Of a stretch of DNA of 64,000 nucleotides, positions 9,514 to 18,375 are shown piece by piece. A program made the position numbers and the translations under genes. The stretch is taken from positions 37,218 to 101,217 of IMG/VR virus record IMGVR_UViG_3300029787_000003. The stretch is one strand, 5' to 3'. Below the pieces are notes generated by a model. It did no database searches, was not told where the DNA came from, and saw nothing but the letters and a program-made list of their open reading frames with translations. The stretch is from a virus. Each line of letters opens with the position of its first letter. Within the stretch, counting starts at the first letter, position 1.

Positions 9514-9692
9514 CTCTAGCTCATGAGAGTCTAGAGAATTACTATCGGACTAATTTTGCCCTGATGCAACACCATAAATATAGCTTAACAGAGTTAGAAA
9601 ACATGATTCCTTGGGAAAGGGAAATTTATGTTTCACTTCTCCAGCAATACATTGAAGAAGAAAACTTAAAAGCACAACAAAAACGTGGCTAA
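9501..9692 (+). CDS. gp51: Baseplate hub assembly protein gp51 (first in-frame ATG only at 9564; probably reached by -1 frameshift)
   Basis: Hand translation ...HESLENYYRTNFALMQHHKYSLTELENMIPWEREIYVSLL...; absent from the ORF track. Confidence 0.8.
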   Translation, partial: FFRLALAHESLENYYRTNFALMQHHKYSLTELENMIPWEREIYVSLLQQYIEEENLKAQQKRG

Positions 9693-11256
9693 AACAGCAA
9701 AACCTAAACCTAAAATAAACATATCAAAAGTAACTGCTCTTGGTGGGAAGGCTGCTGCTCCAATGAGAAGAGCAAAAAAGTCAAGAAAGGGTGCAAAATC
9801 ACTTAAAGAAGTAAAAGCAGCGATTGATGCAAAAAACCCCACATATGTAAGTCCTGTTTCAGGAGGTATGTTACCAGGCACGGGCCCTAAAATAGATCCA
9901 AGTAAATTAATACCAGAAGGTAATGTTGATGATGAACTAAGTCAAAGAGTTTCTGCTAATGAAGCAAAAATTACCAGTATTAAAAATATTCTTAAACTAA
10001 GAAAAGAAAATGAACCTACTGATGATATAGCAGAGGTATCTGTAATACTTCAAGATATTGGTAATGCATTAAGTAAAGATTTTGCAAACAGAATTTCACA
10101 AGAGAAAGATTCAATATCAACTCTAAGAGGGACTGCAGATAGAAAGAAAAGAACTGGTGCTGAAGCAGGAATAGAATCTGTTAAGAAAATAGGTAATACT
10201 TTAGGTAAAGCATTTGATACAATAACTGCACCTGCAAAGGGCATACTTGATAAGGTTATGAATTTCTTCATGGCAATAGCAGGAGGATTCATTGCAGACA
10301 AAGCAATAACATGGTTGGGTAATAACAATGAAGCAATTACAGGATTCTTTAAATTTTTAGGAGATCATGGTAAAAAAATTCTAATTGGATTGGGAGCTAT
10401 TGTTGGTGGTGTTCTCTTAGGAAAACTGGTCAAAAAAGTTAGACAACTTATTAAATTTACTAAAAATGTTTTTAAAGGATTGAATAGGGCTAGAAGGTTG
10501 GCTAGAGTCTTCGTAAAAAGGACACTTCCAAAGATGCTTAAAAATGCTAAAGCCTTGATTAAAAATGGTATATCTGCAATTAAGAATTTTGCTAAGAATA
10601 TACCAGGTGCAAAAGGTTTATTTAAGATGGGTAAGAATGTAATAAAAGGTGGAAAGAATTTAATTAAAGGTGGAAAGAATTTATTAAAGAGTGGTGGTAA
10701 GTTATTAAAGACTGGTGGTAAGGGACTATTAAAAAACTTAGGTAAAGCTGGAGGTAAATCACTTCTTAAAAAGATTCCTATTGTTGGACTAGGTTTAGGT
10801 GCTGCATTTGCTGTAGGAAGATTATTACAAAAACCAGCAGATTGGAAAGGTGCTATAGGTGAAATGGCTTCTGGTGCTGCGTCTATGATTCCTGGTGTTG
10901 GAACTGCTCTTTCAGTCGGTATTGATGCTGGTATGATGGTAAGAGATAGTAAAATGTCTAAGGATGAGAAAGATTTGAAATCTGCAATGGGCAACTATGA
11001 GGCAGTAGCAGAAAAAATAGCTGGTAAGGAACAACAACTTAACTTTAAAAATAATGTTAATCCAACAGGAGATCTTACAGAACCTGATAGAAGTGGAACC
11101 ACAGTTTTAGATCCTATAACAATTGCTGATCAGGCAAATTCAAGACAGCAAAATTCCTTAGAGGGTGAATTTGATACTGTACCTATTATTGGCTCAGAAG
11201 ATGTCAGTAACTATTATATTACTCAGACTAAGGAAAAACTAGGGATATACGTATAA
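9685..11256 (+). CDS. Tape-measure-like / baseplate hub protein (gp29-like)
   Basis: Helical and K/G-rich repeats (KGGKNLIKGGKNLLKSGG); follows gp26-gp51. Confidence 0.55.
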   Translation: MAKTAKPKPKINISKVTALGGKAAAPMRRAKKSRKGAKSLKEVKAAIDAKNPTYVSPVSGGMLPGTGPKIDPSKLIPEGNVDDELSQRVSANEAKITSIKNILKLRKENEPTDDIAEVSVILQDIGNALSKDFANRISQEKDSISTLRGTADRKKRTGAEAGIESVKKIGNTLGKAFDTITAPAKGILDKVMNFFMAIAGGFIADKAITWLGNNNEAITGFFKFLGDHGKKILIGLGAIVGGVLLGKLVKKVRQLIKFTKNVFKGLNRARRLARVFVKRTLPKMLKNAKALIKNGISAIKNFAKNIPGAKGLFKMGKNVIKGGKNLIKGGKNLLKSGGKLLKTGGKGLLKNLGKAGGKSLLKKIPIVGLGLGAAFAVGRLLQKPADWKGAIGEMASGAASMIPGVGTALSVGIDAGMMVRDSKMSKDEKDLKSAMGNYEAVAEKIAGKEQQLNFKNNVNPTGDLTEPDRSGTTVLDPITIADQANSRQQNSLEGEFDTVPIIGSEDVSNYYITQTKEKLGIYV

Positions 11257-12276
11257 ATGAGCCAGAAACAAGAAGTAAAAAGATTAAAGATCACTGCTGT
11301 TAATATTAGGAGTGTACTAACTGAGAGAAATAAAGAACTCACGAAGTTAGGTGATAAGAAGAAAATTCTTGTCCGTAAGCAACGATTACAGGCAGAAAGA
11401 GCAGCTGCCGAGAAGAAGATTGAATCGAAGGGAGGTAATAAAGGCCCTGTAGCAGGTGTACTTGGTAATGTTGGTGGAATGGTAATGAGTATCAAAGATA
11501 GGGTAATGAATTTCTTTGGATATCTTTTGATGGGATTTGTTGTTCAGAAATTACCACAGATCATTTCTTTCCTAACATCCGCATATGATAAAATAGCACC
11601 ATTCGTAAAAGTTGTATGGAAGGTTATAAGTTCGATTGCAAAAGCATTAGTAAAATTTGGTGGTTGGGTTGCTCAACTTTGGAAACCAAAAGATGCAGAA
11701 ACCAATGTAGCTCAATTAGAAACTGCAAAAACACAGATTGAAGGTGAAGTTGATAGTTTAGAAATTCCTAAAGAGGAAACAGATGGGGGTGGTGAAGAAA
11801 AAGTAAGTGAAGGAGATACTTCTACTCCTATAAATTTTGATCCCGTTGGTCAAGATTCAGGAGGTTTAGATAAACCTACTAAAGGAGAAGGAGAGGATGA
11901 AGCAGTATTAGATGCAACAGGTACTACTGATGATCCTGAACCAGAAGGAGAGCAAACAGAAAGTCCATTAGAAAATTTAATTGCTATAGATCCTGAGAAA
12001 ATTGCAAAAGGTGGGAGTGATGGTGAAGCAAAGGAGAATGTTACACAGGAAGATGGTCAAGTTAATAAAGTTATAGAATCTAATGTTAATAATATAATAG
12101 GTAAAGTTCATAAGGTCACTGGTGACTTAAAACGGGTAGATGGAAATAATGTTCAAACTGTTATTGTTCCTGTAGAAGTATTCGCAAATTCTGGTAATGC
12201 AGATAGTGGATCTGGTGGTGGTGGTGGAGAAGAAAGACCAGAACCAGCATTATCTGAGAGTTTGGTTATAGACTAA
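11257..12276 (+). CDS. Second tape-measure-like tail protein
   Basis: Shares D(K/R)VMNFF plus a hydrophobic segment with the upstream ORF; acidic C-terminal half. Confidence 0.5.
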   Translation: MSQKQEVKRLKITAVNIRSVLTERNKELTKLGDKKKILVRKQRLQAERAAAEKKIESKGGNKGPVAGVLGNVGGMVMSIKDRVMNFFGYLLMGFVVQKLPQIISFLTSAYDKIAPFVKVVWKVISSIAKALVKFGGWVAQLWKPKDAETNVAQLETAKTQIEGEVDSLEIPKEETDGGGEEKVSEGDTSTPINFDPVGQDSGGLDKPTKGEGEDEAVLDATGTTDDPEPEGEQTESPLENLIAIDPEKIAKGGSDGEAKENVTQEDGQVNKVIESNVNNIIGKVHKVTGDLKRVDGNNVQTVIVPVEVFANSGNADSGSGGGGGEERPEPALSESLVID

Positions 12277-13706
12277 TGGCAGTACAATCTTCAAAATACG
12301 AAGTATTCAAGATCAAATCTTCCAATGGTGAGAGGGAGGTAGATCTTTTAGATGGGCCCTTTGCTGGAGGAAGTAGAATTGTTAACCTATATTTTTATGA
12401 AAATGTATTATCACCACATATAACTGGTGTTGCTACTATTGTTAGTACTGGAGATGCAGTTGCTAAGGAAGGAGATGAATCAGTAACGGGTTCTTTGCAT
12501 GAATATCTTCCACTTGAAGCTGGTTGTGAATTTATGTTCAGAGCTAAAACTGAAATTGGTGAAGGTATAGATTTTGCTATTAAAGGAGATCCTCATAGAA
12601 TATTGTATATTAATGAAGTACAAATATTAGATAAACAGGCAAATAGTGAGACTATTCAAATAAGATTCTGTTCTAGAATTGGAGTATTGAATGCTATTAA
12701 AAAGGTTACATCATGCTATAAAGGTAGTATATCAGAATCTGTTGCTTCAATATGCAAAGATATTCTAACATTACCTGCAGACAGAGTATTGATTTCAGAA
12801 TCTAGTAATAGTTACACGTTTGCTGGAATGACTAAAAGACCATTTGATTTAATTGCAATGATTGCAAAGCAAACAATACCAATGAATACTGCTAATCCTG
12901 GTTATTTTGCATACGAAACAAAAAGTGGATTTAAGTTTGTATCATTAGATAGTCTAATTAATACAGAACCAGATGATCAAACTCATCATTATTTCTATAA
13001 TTCTCAAAATAAAGATGTTAATCAGAAGGATGATGATAGTAATAATTTTAAAGTATCTGCTTTAGTTGTAGGTAGGGATCAAAATCTTACCAGTCAAATT
13101 AGATCTGGTATCTATGCAAGTAAAAATATATTTTTTAATCCAGCAACCTATTCTTTTACTGAAATTGATATTAATGTTGTTGATGGTAAATTAATAGATG
13201 ATGAAAAATTTAGTACTTTAGGTGGTAAACCAACAGTTGCTAAAATTCTTGATGAGGAATTTGAAGGAGGAACAAAGTTCCACAGGGTATCAACTGCTGT
13301 AATGAATATTGGTGGTGCAGATACCAGTGTAGATCCTAATAATAGCCCTGAATTATATTATGCTGCTGGTGCTGCAAGATATAATATATTATTTTCTCAA
13401 AATTATTCTATTGTTGTTCCAATGAATACTGATTTGGAAGCAGGTGATACAATTAAACTTGAGATTGAGGTTATAAGTAGTAATAAGGAATCTGGCCCTG
13501 ATCAAAAGGCAAGTGGTACGTATATAATACAATCATTATGTCATTTCTTCGAGGCTGAAAAATCTGTTACTTCTATGAAATTAATAAGAGACTCTTATGG
13601 AATGCATTTTTCTAAGGGTGAAACACCTAAAAAGATGGAAAAAGTGGCTATTAAAAATAAGAGGGGTAGAACTACTGGTTCTAAATGGCAGGAGGTTAAA
13701 GACTAA
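12276..13706 (+). CDS. Baseplate hub protein (gp27/gpD-like, called mainly by position)
   Basis: YENVLSPHITG, YFAYETKSGFKFVSLDSL, SGTYIIQSLCH, LIRDSYG. Confidence 0.55.
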   Translation: MAVQSSKYEVFKIKSSNGEREVDLLDGPFAGGSRIVNLYFYENVLSPHITGVATIVSTGDAVAKEGDESVTGSLHEYLPLEAGCEFMFRAKTEIGEGIDFAIKGDPHRILYINEVQILDKQANSETIQIRFCSRIGVLNAIKKVTSCYKGSISESVASICKDILTLPADRVLISESSNSYTFAGMTKRPFDLIAMIAKQTIPMNTANPGYFAYETKSGFKFVSLDSLINTEPDDQTHHYFYNSQNKDVNQKDDDSNNFKVSALVVGRDQNLTSQIRSGIYASKNIFFNPATYSFTEIDINVVDGKLIDDEKFSTLGGKPTVAKILDEEFEGGTKFHRVSTAVMNIGGADTSVDPNNSPELYYAAGAARYNILFSQNYSIVVPMNTDLEAGDTIKLEIEVISSNKESGPDQKASGTYIIQSLCHFFEAEKSVTSMKLIRDSYGMHFSKGETPKKMEKVAIKNKRGRTTGSKWQEVKD

Positions 13707-13708
13707 CT

Positions 13709-14263
13709 ATGGCTGATCAGGATACATATGGATCTGGTACTAATGAATTTCTTGGTATCATTCTTCCATTAGAGTCACAAAAAGAGCAACAAAATGGCGA
13801 CGAAGGTGTCGGTTACAGATATAGAGTTGCTGTAATGGGGAGTCATCCTAGTGATGAAACTGTAAAAGATACCGATATCATTTACGCAATGGTAGCTCTT
13901 GGAGTATCTGATGGAACGGGTGCGGGAGGTAAGAAAAAAACACCAGCAATATCACAAGGTGATGTTGTTATGGGTAAATTCATGGATGGTGATAGGAAAC
14001 AAAATCCTGTTATCACAAATGTTTTAGGAAGAACTAAAGGTGTTAGGTATGGATCAGGAAGATTTGATATCAAAACTGGATATGTAGGCAACAATACAGA
14101 TGCTAATTTAATTGATAATATTGAATTTAGTGAGACAGTGCCTATATGCACACCTTCTGCTAGAGTAGATAACAGTACAGATAATAGAGACCTCAGAACA
14201 GAGGATTTGGAAAGAAGTGGATTAGGTGGAGATAATGAAGTTGGTGCCCTTTCATTTGATTAA
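13709..14263 (+). CDS. gp5 N-terminal (OB-fold-like) baseplate spike segment
   Basis: YRYRVAVMGSHP, GDVVMGKFMDG..QNPVI. Confidence 0.65.
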   Translation: MADQDTYGSGTNEFLGIILPLESQKEQQNGDEGVGYRYRVAVMGSHPSDETVKDTDIIYAMVALGVSDGTGAGGKKKTPAISQGDVVMGKFMDGDRKQNPVITNVLGRTKGVRYGSGRFDIKTGYVGNNTDANLIDNIEFSETVPICTPSARVDNSTDNRDLRTEDLERSGLGGDNEVGALSFD

Positions 14264-14266
14264 ATA
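14261..14266 (+). promoter_or_regulatory. Late promoter core TAAATA
   Basis: TAAATAAATA just upstream of the ATG at 14276. Confidence 0.45.
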
Positions 14267-14275
14267 AATATTATT

Positions 14276-14539
14276 ATGTTAATTTTTTCCTTCATTCTTT
14301 CACTATTTGCTAATCACCTACCCGTGATGTACGTTCAAGTACCACAGTGGGCAGATGATTGGGCAGTTTGTGCTGTAGATATACCTGATGCAAAGTGCCA
14401 TTGGTATGTTATGTCACCTGATAATACATTTGGTGAAGGATTTGATTGGGAAGATGCACCTTGGTTCGATGCAAATGGCCTAAATGATATTGCACCTATA
14501 CAGAAAGAAACCGTAGTTGAGAAATTGCAAAAACAATGA
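14276..14539 (+). CDS. Conserved cyanophage hypothetical protein with hydrophobic N-terminus
   Basis: YVQVPQWADDWAVCAVDIPDAKCHWY. Confidence 0.7.
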   Translation: MLIFSFILSLFANHLPVMYVQVPQWADDWAVCAVDIPDAKCHWYVMSPDNTFGEGFDWEDAPWFDANGLNDIAPIQKETVVEKLQKQ

Positions 14540-16260
14540 GTATTACACCAGCACCAAAAGTTTTAGATGATTTATCTATTAGTACTGTAAAAGATCTAAT
14601 AGAAGCGAATCCTGCTGACCCAAAATTACAAAATGTAATAAAACAATATAAAGATCTTTATCCTGCAACATTTGATGGTGTAATTCCTAAACCCTTAAAT
14701 TCACTTACTAAACAAGCACAAGAAAAAAGACAGAATTTTGTTAGAGCATTACAAGAATGTACTAAATCTGATAGTAATACTGTTGGAGTTACTGTTACAC
14801 AAGCAAGTCCTTGTAGTGATACTGCTATGAGTGAGGTGAGTAATTCTATTAATAATTTCTTTAATAAGATTCAGGCAGGTGGAAATCAAATATTAAATAT
14901 GCCTCAAGAAATTAAGAATGTATCAGATTTAGTTTCCCGTAGTATGACTAGTGTAACTAATAAAATGACGGGTTCATTAAATGATAAGATGGAATCAGAA
15001 TTTAAAACTGGTTTAGCTAGAGTTCATGATCAGATTATGGCCTTAGTACCTCATACTCTACCTAAACCTGCAGCAGTTGCAATAATTAAAGGAATTCAAG
15101 GAGGGATGGTAGGCCCTATGAATAATGCATTTGACGGTGCAACTTGTGGTATGCAGAATATTACAGATGCTATGCAAGGTGTTGTTAGTGATCTGGTAAC
15201 AGCAGCAGCAAAAAATATAACTAAAGCACCAGCCTGTGCAGTTCAGGAATTGATGGGTGCTATCACTAATAAAACTACTAATATGATGGATTCAGTTGCT
15301 GGCCCAATAATGGCACCTATTGAAAAGACATTAGGTTTTGCATTTAATACCAAACAATTCCTAACAAGTGGTGTTGATATGTTATCAAAGGCTGAAGGAT
15401 TAATGAAATGTGGTGAAAAAATGGATTGTCCTCCTAGCACTAATTATGTAACAGGTAAAGGTGATAGACCAAGCCCTTCAGATTCTACTCAGAGTGAAGA
15501 CTTTAGAAGAATGTTCTCAGGAACATCAGTTTCAGGAGCAGTAAGTGATAAACTATCAGCATTTGAAAAAGAGTATGGATCTTGGGGAATCTTTGGAGGT
15601 AAGTCACCATCATCTGATATTGGCCCATGTGGAGATCCAGCCGAACAGGTTTGTGGAGGCCCAACTGTTAGCATCTTTGGTGGTGGAGGACAAGGTGGAG
15701 TAGGTAGAGTTATACTTGGAAGATTCATTAATAAATTAGATACTAATAATATGTTTGCTGCAGTACAAAGAACTGCAAGTATTATTGGAGTAGAAGTTAC
15801 AAATCCTGGTGCAAGATATACAAGTGAACCTATAGTGACTTTTGATGATGAATGTCAAAAGGGAGAAGGTGCTTATGGTAAAGCAACCATTGATCAAAAT
15901 CCAAAATCTCCAACTTATGGTCAGATTACCAGTATAACTATGACTACGATTGGTAGTAAATATCCTGCTGAAGATGAAGATGATTCCTTTGTAAGTGGAG
16001 TTTTAATTGATGCACCTGGCTCAGGTTATGAAGATGCTAATTTGGACAATTTTGAATTGCAAATAACTGATGGTAGAATTACTGGTGTAAATATTGTAAA
16101 TCAAATTGCATATCGTGATTTTCCTAATATGAGAATTCAGAGTGAAACAGGATCTGGTGCTAGACTAAGACCGATAATGACTAATACCCTACCTCAAGGA
16201 AAAGTTATTGAGGTTATTGATTGTGTCGGTAAAACATATTCTAGTGGGGAGGTTAATTAA
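14536..16260 (+). CDS. gp5-associated baseplate hub/tail protein
   Basis: Position in the gp5 cluster; structural-type repeats (VTNPGARY, IDAPGSGY, GSGARLRP). Confidence 0.55.
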   Translation: MSITPAPKVLDDLSISTVKDLIEANPADPKLQNVIKQYKDLYPATFDGVIPKPLNSLTKQAQEKRQNFVRALQECTKSDSNTVGVTVTQASPCSDTAMSEVSNSINNFFNKIQAGGNQILNMPQEIKNVSDLVSRSMTSVTNKMTGSLNDKMESEFKTGLARVHDQIMALVPHTLPKPAAVAIIKGIQGGMVGPMNNAFDGATCGMQNITDAMQGVVSDLVTAAAKNITKAPACAVQELMGAITNKTTNMMDSVAGPIMAPIEKTLGFAFNTKQFLTSGVDMLSKAEGLMKCGEKMDCPPSTNYVTGKGDRPSPSDSTQSEDFRRMFSGTSVSGAVSDKLSAFEKEYGSWGIFGGKSPSSDIGPCGDPAEQVCGGPTVSIFGGGGQGGVGRVILGRFINKLDTNNMFAAVQRTASIIGVEVTNPGARYTSEPIVTFDDECQKGEGAYGKATIDQNPKSPTYGQITSITMTTIGSKYPAEDEDDSFVSGVLIDAPGSGYEDANLDNFELQITDGRITGVNIVNQIAYRDFPNMRIQSETGSGARLRPIMTNTLPQGKVIEVIDCVGKTYSSGEVN

Positions 16261-16262
16261 CT

Positions 16263-16826
16263 ATGTCTAATCAATCAGGATACAGTGCAACAGTTCAGGA
16301 CATGTGGAGTCCTTTATGTTATCTAGAAACACGTAATCCCAATGATAGTAAATGTGGTGCAGAATCTGCAGCATTAAAATTTACTAATGAAGCAGGTCTT
16401 AGATTTGTGATAGCACATCATGAAGGCCCTATAACCAGATTAGAAACAGAGCAGACATTTCAAATAGATGCTAATAATTCTGGTTCTAATGATACTACTG
16501 GTATTCAGATGACTGCTCATAATGGAAATGTTAGTATCACTTCATCAAAGAACTCTATAGGAATAAAGGCTGCACATACAATTACATTAGAGGCAGATAG
16601 TGTTATCATTAAAGCTAAGAAGAAATTAGTTTTAGGTGGTACAGAATCAAATTATTGTAGACATATTCAAATTGAGGGAATGGCTATTGATGTTCCTGGT
16701 CGTTTTAATGGATCTTTGGGTAGGATATTGAAAAAATCATGGAAAATGAATGTTGCTTTAGCACCAAAAGTTTTAATTTCTGCAATGGCAGAAAAAATAT
16801 TCAATAAATCACCAAACGGAATATAG
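16263..16826 (+). CDS. gp5 C-terminal spike-like protein
   Basis: Short beta-strand repeats (IQMTAHNGNVSITS, IGIKAAHTITLEA). Confidence 0.45.
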   Translation: MSNQSGYSATVQDMWSPLCYLETRNPNDSKCGAESAALKFTNEAGLRFVIAHHEGPITRLETEQTFQIDANNSGSNDTTGIQMTAHNGNVSITSSKNSIGIKAAHTITLEADSVIIKAKKKLVLGGTESNYCRHIQIEGMAIDVPGRFNGSLGRILKKSWKMNVALAPKVLISAMAEKIFNKSPNGI

Positions 16827-16830
16827 AAAA

Positions 16831-17622
16831 ATGTCTGACGAACCAAACACTAATCTATTTGCTGATGAGATTTTTTCTGATAAAATCACTGCTACTGAAT
16901 CAATAGAAACAGATCAAATACAGTCAAATAAAGTTATAATTACAGGTGAATTAAATGCAGGTACTCTCAAAGGAGATGGTTCTCAATTAACGGGTGTATT
17001 AAATGGATTCACTTTCCCCTCAGTAGATGGGAGCTCTGGTGATGTTCTGCAGACAAATGGGAATAAGACACTCTCATTCGCAACTCCAACTCAATGGACA
17101 GTTCATAAAACATATGCTGGATCTACTAACCATTCTTATTTTGAGGCAACAGATTTAAACAATCCACAAGTAGTTAAACTTGTTTTTCATGAGATTAGGC
17201 ACTCACTAGCTGGTAGAAATCATATGTTTATTGGTGGATTCAATGGTTATGAAGACTCAGGTTATTATGATGTAGGTTATACTGCTAAGGATGACGGTAC
17301 AGTAACTCGTGCAAAACAGATAGATAAATCTAATTGGTTTCCTCTTGATTATAATATGACGAATACTAATTCTTTGTACAGTGGTGAGATAATCATAAAC
17401 AAAGTAACAACTGGTAGTGATATGCTTCCGTATTATTACACCTACAATTCTCACGTTGAGGCTGGTCTTGCTTATGGTGGTTGGTCTGGTACTGTTGATT
17501 ATTATGAACTATCTTGGAAGGGTCATAATAATGATTTGACGTATCCGTTGGGCAGAGTAAAACTAGAGAATGGAAATGGTGGTAGCTACACTGGTAGACT
17601 TACAATTTTATCACAACGATAG
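16831..17622 (+). CDS. Putative virion structural / tail fibre-related protein
   Basis: LKGDGSQLTGV, FPSVDGSSGDVLQTNG (fibre-type motifs). Confidence 0.55.
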   Translation: MSDEPNTNLFADEIFSDKITATESIETDQIQSNKVIITGELNAGTLKGDGSQLTGVLNGFTFPSVDGSSGDVLQTNGNKTLSFATPTQWTVHKTYAGSTNHSYFEATDLNNPQVVKLVFHEIRHSLAGRNHMFIGGFNGYEDSGYYDVGYTAKDDGTVTRAKQIDKSNWFPLDYNMTNTNSLYSGEIIINKVTTGSDMLPYYYTYNSHVEAGLAYGGWSGTVDYYELSWKGHNNDLTYPLGRVKLENGNGGSYTGRLTILSQR

Positions 17623-17648
17623 ACAAACCAGCATATATATGATATAAT
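17620..17648 (+). promoter_or_regulatory. Sigma70-like promoter
   Basis: TAGACA-17 nt-TATAAT upstream of 17669. Confidence 0.6.
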
Positions 17649-17668
17649 ACTCTATATGTTCTGAGTTT

Positions 17669-17884
17669 ATGATGGAAGGTCAATTGGTAAGGGAGACTAT
17701 TGTAGATCTTTGTAATAGATCCTTTCTTATAATTTCCGATGATGGTTATGAAAAAAAGATTAGGTGCGAAACACCTGAACAATTTTTAGATGTGATGGAA
17801 GTGGTGAATGATTTATTAGAACCTGAGAGAATAAAGTACGCGAATCTTGCCATTTATGAAAAAGACAAAGGAACCAAAGATTAA
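17669..17884 (+). CDS. Conserved hypothetical protein, 71 aa
   Basis: VDLCNRSFLIISDDG...CETPEQF. Confidence 0.7.
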   Translation: MMEGQLVRETIVDLCNRSFLIISDDGYEKKIRCETPEQFLDVMEVVNDLLEPERIKYANLAIYEKDKGTKD

Positions 17885-17999
17885 ATTTAATTTTGATGGT
17901 TGTTATAACTATAATAAATTAAAAGATGAAGGTTTGGTTGATGAATCAAATGATGATGAAATAGTTCGTATACATACTACACATAACGATGGGCCATGA
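17856..17999 (+). CDS. Small hypothetical protein, 47 aa (MKKTKEPKIKFNFDGCYNY...)
   Basis: Hand translation; fills the gap between 17884 and 18003. Confidence 0.5.
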   Translation: MKKTKEPKIKFNFDGCYNYNKLKDEGLVDESNDDEIVRIHTTHNDGP

Positions 18000-18002
18000 A
18001 TA

Positions 18003-18323
18003 ATGGTAAATACGTTTATGATAGATACCAGTTATTGTTGGTATACAGAACAACTTGAAGGTACAATTGAAAGAATTGTTTTGATGTATTTTATCAATGG
18101 TATTCCTTTTACCTTTGATGAATTAGAAGATCTGGATAAAACCGAAGTAGATCTTCCAATGATTAAAACAATTGCCGATCTTGAAAAAAGATACAATACT
18201 GAAGAATTGTACAAATATTATGCATATTTAATGTACGAGGAAATGCATCCGATGGTATTTCCAATTGAATTAGAAAACCCAGAAGATCTTCCTCCCGATT
18301 TCGTGGAAGAAGAGGAGTTCTAG
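18003..18323 (+). CDS. Hypothetical acidic protein
   Basis: MYFINGIPFTFDEL...HPMVF. Confidence 0.7.
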   Translation: MVNTFMIDTSYCWYTEQLEGTIERIVLMYFINGIPFTFDELEDLDKTEVDLPMIKTIADLEKRYNTEELYKYYAYLMYEEMHPMVFPIELENPEDLPPDFVEEEEF

Positions 18324-18329
18324 GGTGAC

Positions 18330-18335
18330 TAAATA
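18330..18335 (+). promoter_or_regulatory. Late promoter core TAAATA
   Basis: CTAAATA 40 nt upstream of the large fibre gene. Confidence 0.5.
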
Positions 18336-18375
18336 ACTTATAGTAATAATTTTATAGTAGTCATAAGGAAAACTC

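Noticed and set aside
10365-10994. 209-aa antisense ORF and similar shadow ORFs (e.g. 3671, 26722, 34530, 53803, 55347)
   Set aside because: They are reverse complements of real genes with biased codons, which suppresses stops; no independent signals
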